A stretch of DNA of 64,000 nucleotides from Lactobacillales bacterium (GTDB lineage Bacteria > Bacillota_I > Bacilli_A > RF39 > UBA660), in NCBI GenBank assembly GCA_015059545.1, contig SVAG01000002.1, positions 8,653 through 72,652 of the forward strand, written 5' to 3'. Under the pieces are notes generated by a model. The model saw only the letters and a program-made list of their open reading frames with translations, was not told the origin of the DNA and searched no databases. A program made the position numbers and the translations under genes. Below are positions 1 to 11,324 of the stretch, piece after piece (the first letter of the stretch is position 1; each line of letters starts with the position of its first letter).

Positions 1-2320
1 ATATGTTAAACTACTCTTTGTTGGTTTTGTTCTATCTATTTGTGTTATGCTTTGACTTGTTCCTGATACATAGTTTGTTCCATCGTTTACTCTTGCGATT
101 ACTGTTCCAGCACTTGTAAATTCTACTCCTTGTTTATATAACTCAAAACTTTCTCCTCCATCTAAGCTATACTCATTCGTATATCCTGTTGGATATGTTA
201 TTGTTACTACTTTACTTTGTGACCATCCTGTTTTATCTATCGCATATATTGGTTTTGTTATTTCTGTTGTTGGTACTGCTTCTGATATACTGTCTTTTGA
301 GTTTAAACTATTTATTCCTTCATTCTTATATGTATTATTTATTACTTTTACTTTTATTGTATATGTTCCTGTTGTTAGTTTATCAAACGTATATGTTTTT
401 CCCGTTTGGATACTTGTCCATGTTGCTCCATTATCTTTACTAAATTGATATCCGTAGATTCCTGATTCTGTATCTTCTCCACTTGCTGTTACTGTTATAC
501 TCTTACTTGTTTTTGTGTATGTAAATGTTGCACTTGTTGGCGCTGTTCTATCTATATTTGTTACTGTTTGACTACTTCCTGTTACATAGTTTGTTCCATC
601 ATTTACTCTTGCGATTACTGTTCCAGCACTTGTAAATTCTATCGCACTACTATATGTTTTAAATGTTGTTCCACTATCTATACTATATTCGTTTGTATAT
701 CCACTTGGATATGTTATGGTTACTTTTTTACTTTGTGCCCATCCTGTTTTATTTATCGCATATGTTGGTACATCTATTTTTGTTGTTTCTATACTTTGGG
801 TATCACTTGCTTTTGAATTTAAACTATTTATTCCTTCATTGTTGTATGTATTATTTATTACTTTTACTTTTACTTTATAAGTTCCTGTTGTTAGTTTATC
901 AAATGTATATGTTTTTCCTGTTTGAATACTTGTCCATGTTACCCCATCGTCTTTACTAAATTGATATCCATAGATTCCTGATTCACTATCTGTTCCACTT
1001 GCGATTACTGTTATACTCTTACTTGTTTTTGTATATGTAAATGTTGCGCTTGTTGGAGCTGTTCTATCTATATTTGTTACTGTTTGACTACTTCCTGTTA
1101 CATAGTTTGTTCCATCATTTACTCTTGCGATTACTGTTCCTTCACTTGTAAATTCTATCGCACTACTATATGTTTTAAATGTTGTTCCACTATCTATACT
1201 ATATTCATTTGTATATCCACTTGGATATGTTATCGTTACTTTCTTACTTTGTGACCATCCTGTTTTATTTATTGCATATGTTGGTACATCTATTGTTGTT
1301 GTTGCTATACTTTCTGTACTACTATCTTTCGAGTTTAAATTATTTATTCCTTCATTATTATATGTATTATTTATTACTTTTACTTTTACTTTATATGTTC
1401 CTGTTTTTAGTTTATCGAATGTATATGTTTTTCCTGTTTGAATACTTGTCCATGTTGCTCCATCATCTTTACTGAATTGATATCCATATATTCCTGATTC
1501 ACTATCTGTTCCACTTGCTGTTACTGTTATACTCTTACTTGTTTTTGTATATGTAAATGTTGCACTTGTTGGCGCTGTTCTATCTATATTTGTTACTGTT
1601 TGACTACTTCCTGTTACATAGTTTACTCCATCGTTTACTCTTGCAATTACTGTTCCGTTTTCTTTAAATTCTATTGCTTGTTCATATTTAGTGAATTTTT
1701 CTCCACCATCTATACTATATTCGTTTGTATATCCATTTGGATATGTGATTGTTACTTTTTTACTTTGTGCCCATCCTGTTTTATTTATCGCATATGTTGG
1801 TACATCTATTTTTGTTGTTTCTATACTTTCTGTTGTACTTTCTTTTGAATTTAAACTATTTATACCTTCATTTTCATATGTATTATTTATTACTTTTACT
1901 TTTATTTTATATATTCCTGTTTTTAAGTTTTCAAATGTATATATGTTTTCTTTTTGGATACTTGTCCATGTTGCTCCATCATCTTTACTGAATTGATATC
2001 CATATATTCCTGATTCATTATCTACTGCATTTGCCGTTACTTTTATACTCTTACTTGTTTTTGTATACGTAAATGTTGCGCTTGTTGGAGCTGTTCTATC
2101 TATATTTGCTACTGTTTGACTTGAACTTGTTACATAGTTTACTCCATCATTTACTCTTGCGATTACTGTTCCGTTTTCTTTAAATTCTATTGCTTTTTCA
2201 TATTTGTTAAATTTTTCTCCACTATCTATACTATATTCATGTTCATATTGATTTTTTTCATCTTGATAATCTATTGTCACTACTTTACTTTGTGCCCATC
2301 CTGTTTTATCAATTAAATAT
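1..2320 (-). repeat. Intragenic tandem repeat, 516-bp (172-aa) period, about 4.5 copies visible
   Basis: Motif tgttctatctat (IDRT) recurs near 30, 545, 1061, 1577 and 2093. Antisense shadow ORFs repeat at 663/1179 and 568/1600. Confidence 0.95.
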
Positions 2321-2988
2321 ATTGGTGTATTTATTGTTTTTGTTTTTATTTTATCTTCTATTTTTGTTTCTATATTATTTCTATTTACTATTATTATTTC
2401 GACTTTATATTCTGTTTCATTTTTTAATCCTTCAAATATTACTTGTCCATACTTTCCTTCTATTATTTTTTCTTTTCCATCTATTTTTACTTTATATTCT
2501 TTTATTCCTGATTCTGGATCTATTCCTAATTCTTCTTCTATTGTTACTGTTATACTTTTTGATGTACTTGATAAATGATATTTACTTTTATCTACTTTTG
2601 CTGCTGTATTATCTACTTTATAACATTCATCTATTTTTGCTATTTTTAATTTCTTTATTGGTCCATTTACGCAATATTCTTTATCTTTTATAAAGTATGC
2701 TTCTATTTCTCCATCTTTTTCTATAAATCTTCCGCTTTCAAAATTATCTTTTAATTCTAATTTTGTTATATCTATTCCATCTTCTGGAATATCATCTATA
2801 TCATTTTCCATCATGTAGTATTCTATTTCACCTGATGCTATTACTACACTTGATTTTACTGATTCTCTTTTTGAACTTTCTACTATATTTATTGTTATTG
2901 GTACAGCTATTACTGCCACTAGTCCTATTATTACTATGACTGCTAATAATTCTATTAGTGTAAATCCTCTTTTATTTTGTGATTTCAT
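1..2988 (-). CDS. Giant prepilin-type N-methylation-domain surface protein with tandem Ig/FN3-like repeats (3' end outside window, >=996 aa)
   Basis: Not in ORF track. ATG at 2988 behind RBS GGGAG. Manual translation MKSQNKRG|FTLIELLAVIVIIGLVAVIAVP is a class III signal with G|F cleavage and E5. The same frame reads open where checked down to base 1 (...IDRTKPTKSSLTY). Confidence 0.92.
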   Translation of the reverse strand, partial: MKSQNKRGFTLIELLAVIVIIGLVAVIAVPITINIVESSKRESVKSSVVIASGEIEYYMMENDIDDIPEDGIDITKLELKDNFESGRFIEKDGEIEAYFIKDKEYCVNGPIKKLKIAKIDECYKVDNTAAKVDKSKYHLSSTSKSITVTIEEELGIDPESGIKEYKVKIDGKEKIIEGKYGQVIFEGLKNETEYKVEIIIVNRNNIETKIEDKIKTKTINTPIYLIDKTGWAQSKVVTIDYQDEKNQYEHEYSIDSGEKFNKYEKAIEFKENGTVIARVNDGVNYVTSSSQTVANIDRTAPTSATFTYTKTSKSIKVTANAVDNESGIYGYQFSKDDGATWTSIQKENIYTFENLKTGIYKIKVKVINNTYENEGINSLNSKESTTESIETTKIDVPTYAINKTGWAQSKKVTITYPNGYTNEYSIDGGEKFTKYEQAIEFKENGTVIARVNDGVNYVTGSSQTVTNIDRTAPTSATFTYTKTSKSITVTASGTDSESGIYGYQFSKDDGATWTSIQTGKTYTFDKLKTGTYKVKVKVINNTYNNEGINNLNSKDSSTESIATTTIDVPTYAINKTGWSQSKKVTITYPSGYTNEYSIDSGTTFKTYSSAIEFTSEGTVIARVNDGTNYVTGSSQTVTNIDRTAPTSATFTYTKTSKSITVIASGTDSESGIYGYQFSKDDGVTWTSIQTGKTYTFDKLTTGTYKVKVKVINNTYNNEGINSLNSKASDTQSIETTKIDVPTYAINKTGWAQSKKVTITYPSGYTNEYSIDSGTTFKTYSSAIEFTSAGTVIARVNDGTNYVTGSSQTVTNIDRTAPTSATFTYTKTSKSITVTASGEDTESGIYGYQFSKDNGATWTSIQTGKTYTFDKLTTGTYTIKVKVINNTYKNEGINSLNSKDSISEAVPTTEITKPIYAIDKTGWSQSKVVTITYPTGYTNEYSLDGGESFELYKQGVEFTSAGTVIARVNDGTNYVSGTSQSITQIDRTKPTKSSLTY

Positions 2989-3050
2989 ACTTTACACTCC
3001 CTTTACTATACATAACAATTATATATTAAAAAAAATAGTTTTTCAACTAT

Positions 3051-3359
3051 TTATTTTCCTCTTTTAAAGAAATATTTTACTAAATAAACTTCTAGAGATA
3101 CAAAGACTGCTAATAACATCCACATTAATATTTCATATAATAATCCATTAGCATATTTACCTAACATACTAAATAATGATGTTGGAATATATTCATTTAC
3201 AATTTTGTTTACTTCTGGAACTATTTTAAAATGATCTCCTATAAAGTGTAAAATTCTAAAGAATATTTCTATTATTCCTAATAAATAAACTACATTTTTA
3301 TAATCTCTAAAGAAACAAGCAGCTACAATAATTAATACTAATATAATAATTAAATCCAT
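3051..3359 (-). CDS. Small integral membrane hypothetical protein
   Basis: RBS AGGTG, about 3 hydrophobic segments, downstream hairpin with T-run. Confidence 0.75.
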   Translation of the reverse strand: MDLIIILVLIIVAACFFRDYKNVVYLLGIIEIFFRILHFIGDHFKIVPEVNKIVNEYIPTSLFSMLGKYANGLLYEILMWMLLAVFVSLEVYLVKYFFKRGK

Positions 3360-3421
3360 ACGACACCTACCTTGTAATAATTATAACATATTAATTAAAA
3401 AAAAAGAAGTTTTTTCTTCTT

Positions 3422-4456
3422 TTATTTTATAACATATATACTATCTGCATTTATCACTTTTGTAGTATTATCTTCAAATGTTATTGTTTCTTTAATAGGA
3501 TCATAATTTTCATCTTCTGTTAATCCTTTATTTGTAGTAGTTGTTTTTGTAACTTTTTTATCACTTACAAGAACTACATTATATTTTATTTCTTCAGTAC
3601 TATAATCCAGTGTTAATTTATATAATTTATCATTAGAAATTATATAATAATGAACTTTATAATATTCTAATTCTAAATATTTCGATTCATCATCTATTGG
3701 TTCATCTTTTACTAAATAAATTTTATCTGCTTTAAAATCTTTATTTTTATATTTTATTGTTTCTTTTAAAAATATTTCTTGAATTGTACCATCTTTAAAA
3801 ATTAAAATATTTCCATTAAGACTTTCTAAATAAATACTATAATCTTTTTTTCCTATAGTAACTTTTTTACTTTCATCATAATCAAAACTTCTTATTTCAC
3901 CATTTTCTAAAACAACAGCTAAATTAGATGGTCCACAACCTTCACTAAATGTTGTATCAACATGAAATGTAATATTTATGATTTTTTCTTTTGTATCTAA
4001 TTTATTAAATACAATTTTTCCTTTTTCAAAATTCTTATCTTCTTCATCTATTATTGTATAGAAAACTTCATTATTCTCATTAATAGCTAAAATTGGTGTT
4101 TCACCACATAATTCATTATACGTAAATGATTTAATATTTCCTGTTAATCCTGTAATATTAAATTGAGTATTTTTAGATTTTGCTTTTAAATTTTTATTTT
4201 CTATATAAAAAGTTGCATTTTCATATTTTGTTTCTTTAGTTTGATATACTAATGAAAAATCAATCTCTGATTTTTGAAAATTATAATATTCTCTAGTCTC
4301 AGTTACTTTATCTTCTGTTTCTTCTATTTTTGTTTCTTCTTTTTGTTCCTTTTTTGGTTCTTCTTGTTTATTTAAAACAACAAATATTATAACTCCTACT
4401 AATAAAATAATTATTCCTATTAAAAACACTATTAATTTATTCTTTTTTTCTTCCAT
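3422..4456 (-). CDS. N-terminally anchored extracellular hypothetical protein (beta-rich)
   Basis: KKNK + single TM, then E/K-rich linker and beta-strand-rich domain. RBS AGGAGAGG. Confidence 0.75.
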   Translation of the reverse strand: MEEKKNKLIVFLIGIIILLVGVIIFVVLNKQEEPKKEQKEETKIEETEDKVTETREYYNFQKSEIDFSLVYQTKETKYENATFYIENKNLKAKSKNTQFNITGLTGNIKSFTYNELCGETPILAINENNEVFYTIIDEEDKNFEKGKIVFNKLDTKEKIINITFHVDTTFSEGCGPSNLAVVLENGEIRSFDYDESKKVTIGKKDYSIYLESLNGNILIFKDGTIQEIFLKETIKYKNKDFKADKIYLVKDEPIDDESKYLELEYYKVHYYIISNDKLYKLTLDYSTEEIKYNVVLVSDKKVTKTTTTNKGLTEDENYDPIKETITFEDNTTKVINADSIYVIK

Positions 4457-4558
4457 TTTTATCCTCTCCTTACTATTAATACAATTATATCATTATAATC
4501 CTTGCAAAAATATTAAAAAAAATTAAAATTACATTTATTTACATAAAAAAAGAAAAAA

Positions 4559-5752
4559 TTATATAATTTCTTCTTTTATTTTTGGATTTTTTAATACTTC
4601 TACTAATTTATCTATTTCTTCTTTTGTATTATAAAAAGAAAGTGAAGCTCTACAAGTATTTTTAATACCTATTTCTTCTTTCAATGTTTTTGTACAATGA
4701 TTACCTGCTCTTACACATATATTATATTTATTTAAATATATTGCTAGGTCTTGAGCAAATATATCTTTTATATTAAAAGTTATAATAGCACTTTCAGTAT
4801 TTTTATTTATAATAATTATTTCTTTAACTTCTTCTAATCTTTTAATAGCGTATTTTTTTAATTCTTTTTCATATTTTTCTATATTTTCTATACCAATATT
4901 ATTTATATATTCAATTACTTTACCAAATCCGATTATTCCAGCAATATTTTGTGTTCCTGCTTCTAGTAAATATGGTATTTCATTATATATTCTTACAACA
5001 TCACTTGTATATGATGAATTCATTCCACCACCATATATAATTGGTCTTATATTATTTAATAATTCTTCTTTACCATATAAAATTCCAACTCCTGTTGGAC
5101 CATACATTTTATGAGATGAAAAAGCTAAAAAATCGATATCTAAATCTTGTACATCTGTTTTAGTATGAGCTATACTTTGTGCGGCATCTCCAACTACTAA
5201 TATATTGTTTTTATGAGCTAATTCTATTATTTCTTTTATTGGTCTTATATCTCCTACTACATTTGTAATTAAAGCTATACTAATTACTTTAGTATTTTCT
5301 GTTATACATTTTTTTAAATTATCTATTGTTAAATTTAAGTTTTCATCTAAATCTACATACTTAATTTTTAAATTTAATTCATCTTTTAATTCAAACCAAG
5401 GAAGAATATTAGAAGCATGTTCAGATTTTGTAAGTATTACCTCATCATTTTCTTTTAAATAATATTTAAAATATCCAAATATTATTTTATTAAGTGAATC
5501 TGTTGTTCCACTTGTAAAAATTATTTCTTTTCTACTTTTAGCATTTATAAAATCTTTTACTAGGTCTCTCGTTTTTTCTAATTTTTCATCTACTTTTAGA
5601 CTAATATCATAATCTCCTCTATGGGCATTTGCGCTATAGTTATCATAATAATCACTTATAGTTTCAGCTAATATTTTTGGTTTTAAGGAAGTTGCTCCAT
5701 TATCAAAATATATTAAATTTTGTTTTAATAAAGGAAAATCTTCTCTATTCAT
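4559..5752 (-). CDS. sufS: Cysteine desulfurase, SufS family
   Basis: YFDNGATS, SSHKMYGPTGVG (PLP Lys), RAGNHC catalytic Cys motif. Confidence 0.95.
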   Translation of the reverse strand: MNREDFPLLKQNLIYFDNGATSLKPKILAETISDYYDNYSANAHRGDYDISLKVDEKLEKTRDLVKDFINAKSRKEIIFTSGTTDSLNKIIFGYFKYYLKENDEVILTKSEHASNILPWFELKDELNLKIKYVDLDENLNLTIDNLKKCITENTKVISIALITNVVGDIRPIKEIIELAHKNNILVVGDAAQSIAHTKTDVQDLDIDFLAFSSHKMYGPTGVGILYGKEELLNNIRPIIYGGGMNSSYTSDVVRIYNEIPYLLEAGTQNIAGIIGFGKVIEYINNIGIENIEKYEKELKKYAIKRLEEVKEIIIINKNTESAIITFNIKDIFAQDLAIYLNKYNICVRAGNHCTKTLKEEIGIKNTCRASLSFYNTKEEIDKLVEVLKNPKIKEEII

Positions 5753-5756
5753 TATT

Positions 5757-6545
5757 TCACCTCCAATACATATTTATAATTTCATCTAATTTCTTTTTAT
5801 TTTTTATATCTACATTTAAAAATCCTTTTATAAGTAAATTTAAAGCTTTTTCTTCAGTAATACCTCTACTCATTAAATAGAATAATTCACTATCACTAAA
5901 TTTTCCTATTAGAGCAGAATGATTTGCTTCTACATCATTTTCATCTATTATTAATATAGGATTTATAGTACATTTTTTATCATTTAAATTAATTATTCTA
6001 TTATTTTGATTTACTATACAATTTTTTATTCCATTATATACCATTCCAGTAACATTAAATTTAGTTTTTCCATTTAATAAATTAACTGCTTTATTATTTA
6101 AATTACTAATAGTGTTTTTACACATATGATATACAACTATATCTAAATCTTGTTTATCTTTTGATATAGAATTATAGTTATAATTTATTTCGGCATTTTC
6201 TCCATTTAAATATATAACATCTAATTCTTTTACTTTATTACAATTATAAAATTTATTAACTAATGTATTACTATTTGTATCTAAATAGTATTTATATTGT
6301 ACTTTTATTTTTTCTTCACATCTAAGTTCATATAATTTAAAATTTATATTTTCTTTTACTTTTATGCATATATCTAATTTAGATTCTTCTTTATTATTAT
6401 ATTCAATTATTAAACTAGTACTTTTTAAAACATTTATTTCTATTTTTGTAATATCAAAAATATCTTGTTTTTCTATTACTTTTATATCTAATGATGAATT
6501 AGTATTAAGTGTTACTGAATCACCATTTACTATTATTTTATTCAT
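5757..6545 (-). CDS. sufD: SufD-like Fe-S assembly protein (short)
   Basis: PILIIDENDVEANHSA..G...LFYLMSRGI C-terminal SufBD motif; lies between sufC and sufS. Confidence 0.85.
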   Translation of the reverse strand: MNKIIVNGDSVTLNTNSSLDIKVIEKQDIFDITKIEINVLKSTSLIIEYNNKEESKLDICIKVKENINFKLYELRCEEKIKVQYKYYLDTNSNTLVNKFYNCNKVKELDVIYLNGENAEINYNYNSISKDKQDLDIVVYHMCKNTISNLNNKAVNLLNGKTKFNVTGMVYNGIKNCIVNQNNRIINLNDKKCTINPILIIDENDVEANHSALIGKFSDSELFYLMSRGITEEKALNLLIKGFLNVDIKNKKKLDEIINMYWR

Positions 6546-6546
6546 T

Positions 6547-7314
6547 TTAAATTTTTTCCTCTACTTTAAATTCATTAGTTTCTAAAAATTTATTATATCC
6601 GTTTTTTTCTATTTCTTTTACTAGTTCAAAAGTTCCAGTTTCTACGATTTTACCATCTATCATTATATGAATATAATCTGGTTTTATGTAATCAAGTAAT
6701 CTCTTATAATGAGTTATTAATAAAACACTAGCATTTGTTTTATTTTTATATTCTTCTACTTTTTCTCCAACTATTTTTAAACTATCAACATCAAGCCCAG
6801 AATCTATTTCATCTAATATAACAGTATTAGGTTTTAAAATATACATTTGAAGTATTTCATTTTTCTTTCTTTCTCCACCACTAAATCCTTTATTAACTGA
6901 TCTATGTATCATTTCTTTATCCATATTTAAGTTTTCTGTTTCACTATTTATTTCTTTTATAAACTGCATTAATTTAAAGTCTTTTCCTTCTTTTACAGAA
7001 CGTGCTGTTCTTAAAAAATCTGCATTTGTCACTCCATCTATACTTGGTGGCATTTGAAGACCTAAAAATATACCTAAACGAGCTCTTTCATCTACTGTTA
7101 AATCATTTATTAGTTTATCATCAAAATATATTGATCCTTCTATTATTTTATAGTTAGTATCTCCCATTATAACTTTTGATAAAGTTGATTTACCTGTTCC
7201 ATTTGGTCCCATAATAGCATGAGTTTCTCCTGATTTAATTGTTAGATTAAAATCATTTAATATTATTTTATTTTCTACACTTACTTTTAAGTTTTCTATT
7301 TTTAATATATGCAT
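6547..7314 (-). CDS. sufC: Fe-S cluster assembly ATPase SufC
   Basis: GPNGTGKSTL, GFSGGERKKNEILQ, LDEIDSGLDVD. Confidence 0.96.
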   Translation of the reverse strand: MHILKIENLKVSVENKIILNDFNLTIKSGETHAIMGPNGTGKSTLSKVIMGDTNYKIIEGSIYFDDKLINDLTVDERARLGIFLGLQMPPSIDGVTNADFLRTARSVKEGKDFKLMQFIKEINSETENLNMDKEMIHRSVNKGFSGGERKKNEILQMYILKPNTVILDEIDSGLDVDSLKIVGEKVEEYKNKTNASVLLITHYKRLLDYIKPDYIHIMIDGKIVETGTFELVKEIEKNGYNKFLETNEFKVEEKI

Positions 7315-7426
7315 ATTATCAACTCCATTTTATATTTTATCATTTTTTTATCTTTTTTTGAATAAAAAAGGTCTTTTTTTCTAATTATATAATAGAATAT
7401 TCGCAGATATTCACAAAAAAAGACTA

Positions 7427-8383
7427 TTATTTAGTCTTTTTATATATTAAAATACTATCTCTTATATTTTTTGAAGCTTCAAATTTTAAATTTTGTATTC
7501 CTTCAAAAGCAATAATTTCTAAGTTTCCAATAATACTTCTTACTTCCTCTAAATTATATATAAGTGGTATTTTATTAAAGTCATATCTTTCACAAAAATC
7601 ATATAAATAACTTACAATAATTATTCCATCTTCATTTAATTTAGTAGAAAGGTCTATTATTATTTTTTTTAGACATTCTAAATGATCTTTTTTAAAAATC
7701 GTTTCAAGATATTGAGCTATATTAGATAACATAATAATATCATATTTTTTAGTTAAGGTTTGCGCTAATTCTTTTATGTTTTTTCGATAAAAATATGGTT
7801 CTAAAGTTAATTTTTCTTTTAATAATTCGTAAGTTTCTTTTTCTAAATATGAATTTGATTTTTTTATTACTCTTAGTGGTTCTTCATCTTTTGAAAATAA
7901 TGATGATGTTCTAATATCAATTCCTGTATTTTCTATATACAAACTATCCCAAAATAGTTTAGTATCACCTATTAGATATGGAGTTATTTTTCTATATAAT
8001 TCAATATTAAATGCTTTATTATTCTTTTTAAATGTTTTTGGATAATCATCATAACAAAAAAATTCTAAAAATTCTTCATATGTTAAAGCTTTGATTGCTG
8101 CTTTTTTAAGTTCATAGTAATATTTAGTAAATGGATTTATATCAAAATAGTCTACACTTTTAACATTTTCTAATTCTAGATTTATTGCATGATCACCACT
8201 TGCTCCTATAGTAAGTATGTCTTTATCTTCTAAATCTAATTTACTATAATAACCTTTTATATTTTCTGTAGAAAATGGATATATATGATTAAACATATTA
8301 TATATACTATCATCTACTGAATAATTAAATAATTCACTTATTAGTATTTGAGCATTCATTATATCAAGTTCTAGTTTATTCAT
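7427..8383 (-). CDS. DUF3419/BtaA-like SAM-dependent transferase-fold protein
   Basis: ILTIGASGDH..., VDYFDINP, ELKKAAI, YDIIMLSNI; paralogue at 40323-41156. Confidence 0.65.
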   Translation of the reverse strand: MNKLELDIMNAQILISELFNYSVDDSIYNMFNHIYPFSTENIKGYYSKLDLEDKDILTIGASGDHAINLELENVKSVDYFDINPFTKYYYELKKAAIKALTYEEFLEFFCYDDYPKTFKKNNKAFNIELYRKITPYLIGDTKLFWDSLYIENTGIDIRTSSLFSKDEEPLRVIKKSNSYLEKETYELLKEKLTLEPYFYRKNIKELAQTLTKKYDIIMLSNIAQYLETIFKKDHLECLKKIIIDLSTKLNEDGIIIVSYLYDFCERYDFNKIPLIYNLEEVRSIIGNLEIIAFEGIQNLKFEASKNIRDSILIYKKTK

Positions 8384-8464
8384 ATTATCCCTCCAAATAG
8401 TAGTTATTATATCATATTTATTTTTTATTGAAAATAGTATATAATAATTTTGGAGAGTGATAAA

Positions 8465-8830
8465 ATGAATTGTATTTTTTGTAAAATTATAAATGGTGAA
8501 ATACCTTGTTATAAGTTATATGAAGATGATTTAGTATTATGTTTTTTAGATGTTAATCCTGATTCTGATGGACACTGTTTAATCATACCTAAAGAACATT
8601 ATTTAGATTTAGATGATATAAGTGAAGATGTTTTAAATCATATTATGAAAGTTGCTAAAAAAATTAAAAAATTATTAGAAGATAAATTAAATATTGATGG
8701 ACTTACCCTAATTCAAAATAATGGTGATGTTCAAGAAGTAAAACATTATCATTTACATTTAAAACCATATTATAATGAAAATCTAGAATTAATGAATATT
8801 GAAGATGTATATAAAAAGATAACAGAATAA
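8465..8830 (+). CDS. HIT family nucleotide hydrolase
   Basis: CIFCKII N-terminus, GHCLIIPKEH, HYHLHL triad. Start moved to ATG 8465 behind GGAGAG. Confidence 0.93.
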   Translation: MNCIFCKIINGEIPCYKLYEDDLVLCFLDVNPDSDGHCLIIPKEHYLDLDDISEDVLNHIMKVAKKIKKLLEDKLNIDGLTLIQNNGDVQEVKHYHLHLKPYYNENLELMNIEDVYKKITE

Positions 8831-8842
8831 CTGTTATCTTTT
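8813..8842. terminator. Bidirectional intrinsic terminator between HIT gene and pnp
   Basis: AAAAGATAACAG-aataa-CTGTTATCTTTT inverted repeat between convergent genes. Confidence 0.75.
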
Positions 8843-8860
8843 ATTATGAAAAAAAAGCAA

Positions 8861-10996
8861 TTATTTAATTGCTTCTTTTCTTGATAAGTTAAGTCTTCCT
8901 TTTTTATCATATCCTTGTGATTTAACTAAAATTTCATCTCCAACTTTAACTACATCGCTTGGTTTTTCTACTCTTTCTTGTGCAAGTTGTGAAACATGTA
9001 CTAATCCTTCACATCCTGGCCATAATTCTACAAAACATCCAAAGTCTTCTACTTTAACAACTTTACCTTTATATATTACTCCTTCTTCTACTTCTCTTAC
9101 GATATCTTTAATCATATTAGCAGTAGCTTCTATTACATCTTTATCCATATGATAGATTGTAACTGTACCATCATCTGCAAGATCTACTTTAACAGCATTT
9201 TGATCATTTACAGAAGTTACATTACTACAATCAAGAATAATCTTAGTAATTGTATCTCCACCTCTACCAATAACATCTTTAATCTTATCTGGATTAATTG
9301 TAAATATCATTGTTTTTGGTGCATATTTACTTACTTCTTTTCTAGGTTCAGCTATTTGTGCTTCCATAACATCAAGAATTTCCATACGAGCATCTTTTGC
9401 TTGAGCTAATGCTTCTTTTAAAATTTCTTTTGTTATACCTTTTATTTTAATATCCATTTGTAGTGAACAAATACCTTTTCTTGTTCCACCTACTTTGAAG
9501 TCCATATCTCCTAAGTGATCTTCCATACCTTGAATATCTGTTAATATTGTATAGTCATTACCATCTGTTGAAGTGATAAGTCCCATAGCAATTCCAGCTA
9601 CTGGTGCTTTTATAGGAACACCTGCTGCCATTAAACTCATACATCCAGCACAGATAGTTGCTTGTGATGATGATCCATTTGATTCTAATATTTCAGATAC
9701 TACACGTACTGTATATGGAAATTCTTCTTCAGAAGGCATTACTTGTTTTAAACATCTTTCACCTAATGCTCCATGTCCTATTTCTCTTCTACCAGGACTT
9801 CCATATCTTCCTGTTTCTCCTACTGAGAATTGTGGAAAGTTATAATGTAACATAAAGTGTTTTTCTGCTTCTAAACTAATTCCATCTAATACTTGATATT
9901 CATTTAAAGCTCCAAGTGTTGTAACTGCAAGTGCTTGAGTTTCTCCTCTTGTAAATAAAGCTGATCCGTGTGTTCTTGGAAGTAAATCAATATCTGTTGA
10001 AAGTGGTCTAATTTCTGTCATACTTCTTCCATCAGCTCTAGTTTTTTCATTAACTGTGATAGCTCTAAATATATCATATTCTAATGATTCTAATACTAAT
10101 TTAACTTTTGTAATTAATACATTTAATTCTTCTTTATCTAGTGAAGCATTTTCTTCTTCGTATTTAGTTACTACTTCTTCTTTTACAGTATCAATAGCAT
10201 TATATTTTTCTAATTTTCCTTTGATACGCATTGCAGCGTCTAATTTATCTTTTGCAAGTTCTTTAATTTCTTCTTTTAATGAATCTTCTATTTCAAGTTT
10301 TTCATATTCCATTTTTTCTTGTCCAACTTCAGACATAATTTTTTCTTGGAATTTACATAATTCTTTTACTGCTTCATGTCCAAACATTAATGCTTCTAAC
10401 ATATCTTCTTCAGTAACTTCTTTTGATCCTGCTTCAACCATATTAATAGCATTTTTTGTTCCTGCAACGATTAAATCGATATCTGATGCTTCTAATTCAG
10501 CTGGAGTTGGGTTAATAATAAATTCTCCATTTACTCTACCTACTTTAACTCCTGCGATTGGTCCATCAAATGGTATTTTTGAAATACTTGTTGAAAGTGA
10601 TGATCCAAACATAGCTGTAAGTTCTGGTGTATAATCATTATCTACTGATAATACTGTATTTACAACTTGTACTTCATTTCTGAAATCTTCTGGGAACATT
10701 GGTCTCATTGGTCTATCAATCATACGTGCTGCAAGTGTTGCTGCATCTGTTGGTCTACCTTCTCTTTTTATAAATCCACCTGGTATTTTACCTACAGAAT
10801 ATAATTTTTCTTGATATAAAACCATTAATGGGAAAAAGTCAGATAATATATTAGCATTTTTAGATACAACTGCTGTTGATAATATTACTGTATCTCCATA
10901 TCTAACTAATACTGCACCATGAGCTTGTTTAGCAAGTTCTCCTGTTTCTACTACTAATTTTCTTCCTCTAAAATCTAATTCAAATGTTTTTTTCAT
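8861..10996 (-). CDS. pnp: Polyribonucleotide nucleotidyltransferase
   Basis: [35 protein letters not shown] and S1 domains; follows rpsO. Confidence 0.99.
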   Translation of the reverse strand: MKKTFELDFRGRKLVVETGELAKQAHGAVLVRYGDTVILSTAVVSKNANILSDFFPLMVLYQEKLYSVGKIPGGFIKREGRPTDAATLAARMIDRPMRPMFPEDFRNEVQVVNTVLSVDNDYTPELTAMFGSSLSTSISKIPFDGPIAGVKVGRVNGEFIINPTPAELEASDIDLIVAGTKNAINMVEAGSKEVTEEDMLEALMFGHEAVKELCKFQEKIMSEVGQEKMEYEKLEIEDSLKEEIKELAKDKLDAAMRIKGKLEKYNAIDTVKEEVVTKYEEENASLDKEELNVLITKVKLVLESLEYDIFRAITVNEKTRADGRSMTEIRPLSTDIDLLPRTHGSALFTRGETQALAVTTLGALNEYQVLDGISLEAEKHFMLHYNFPQFSVGETGRYGSPGRREIGHGALGERCLKQVMPSEEEFPYTVRVVSEILESNGSSSQATICAGCMSLMAAGVPIKAPVAGIAMGLITSTDGNDYTILTDIQGMEDHLGDMDFKVGGTRKGICSLQMDIKIKGITKEILKEALAQAKDARMEILDVMEAQIAEPRKEVSKYAPKTMIFTINPDKIKDVIGRGGDTITKIILDCSNVTSVNDQNAVKVDLADDGTVTIYHMDKDVIEATANMIKDIVREVEEGVIYKGKVVKVEDFGCFVELWPGCEGLVHVSQLAQERVEKPSDVVKVGDEILVKSQGYDKKGRLNLSRKEAIK

Positions 10997-11048
10997 AATT
11001 ACCTCTTTCTATAAATAAAGACACTTAAAATAAGTGTCTACTTTCAAA

Positions 11049-11318
11049 TTATTTTCTAAGTCCAAGACTAGCAATTAATTCTCTATAACGAGTAACATCT
11101 TTACTTAATAAGTATTTTTGTAAACTACGTCTTTGACCTACTTTTTTAAGAAGTCCTCTTCTTGAATGGAAATCATGTTTATGTTCTTTTAAATGTTCTG
11201 TTAATTCATTGATTTCTGCTGTTAAAATAGCTATTTGAACTTCTGGTGAACCTGTATCTCCTTCAGTTCTAGCATATTTTTTAATAATTTCTTCTTTTTT
11301 AGCTTTTGTTAATGCCAT
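11049..11318 (-). CDS. rpsO: 30S ribosomal protein S15
   Basis: [27 protein letters not shown]. Confidence 0.99.
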   Translation of the reverse strand: MALTKAKKEEIIKKYARTEGDTGSPEVQIAILTAEINELTEHLKEHKHDFHSRRGLLKKVGQRRSLQKYLLSKDVTRYRELIASLGLRK

Positions 11319-11324
11319 ATTAAT

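Noticed and set aside
1-2320. Repeat region as CRISPR array or DGR template/variable repeat
   Set aside because: The units are 516-bp in-frame coding repeats without spacers. No cas or reverse transcriptase gene is in the window, and the differences do not look adenine-specific.
189-2693. Repeated hydrophobic plus-strand ORFs resembling membrane toxins or holins
   Set aside because: They are antisense shadows of the A-rich pilin-like gene, have no RBS, and their periodicity simply mirrors the 516-bp repeat.
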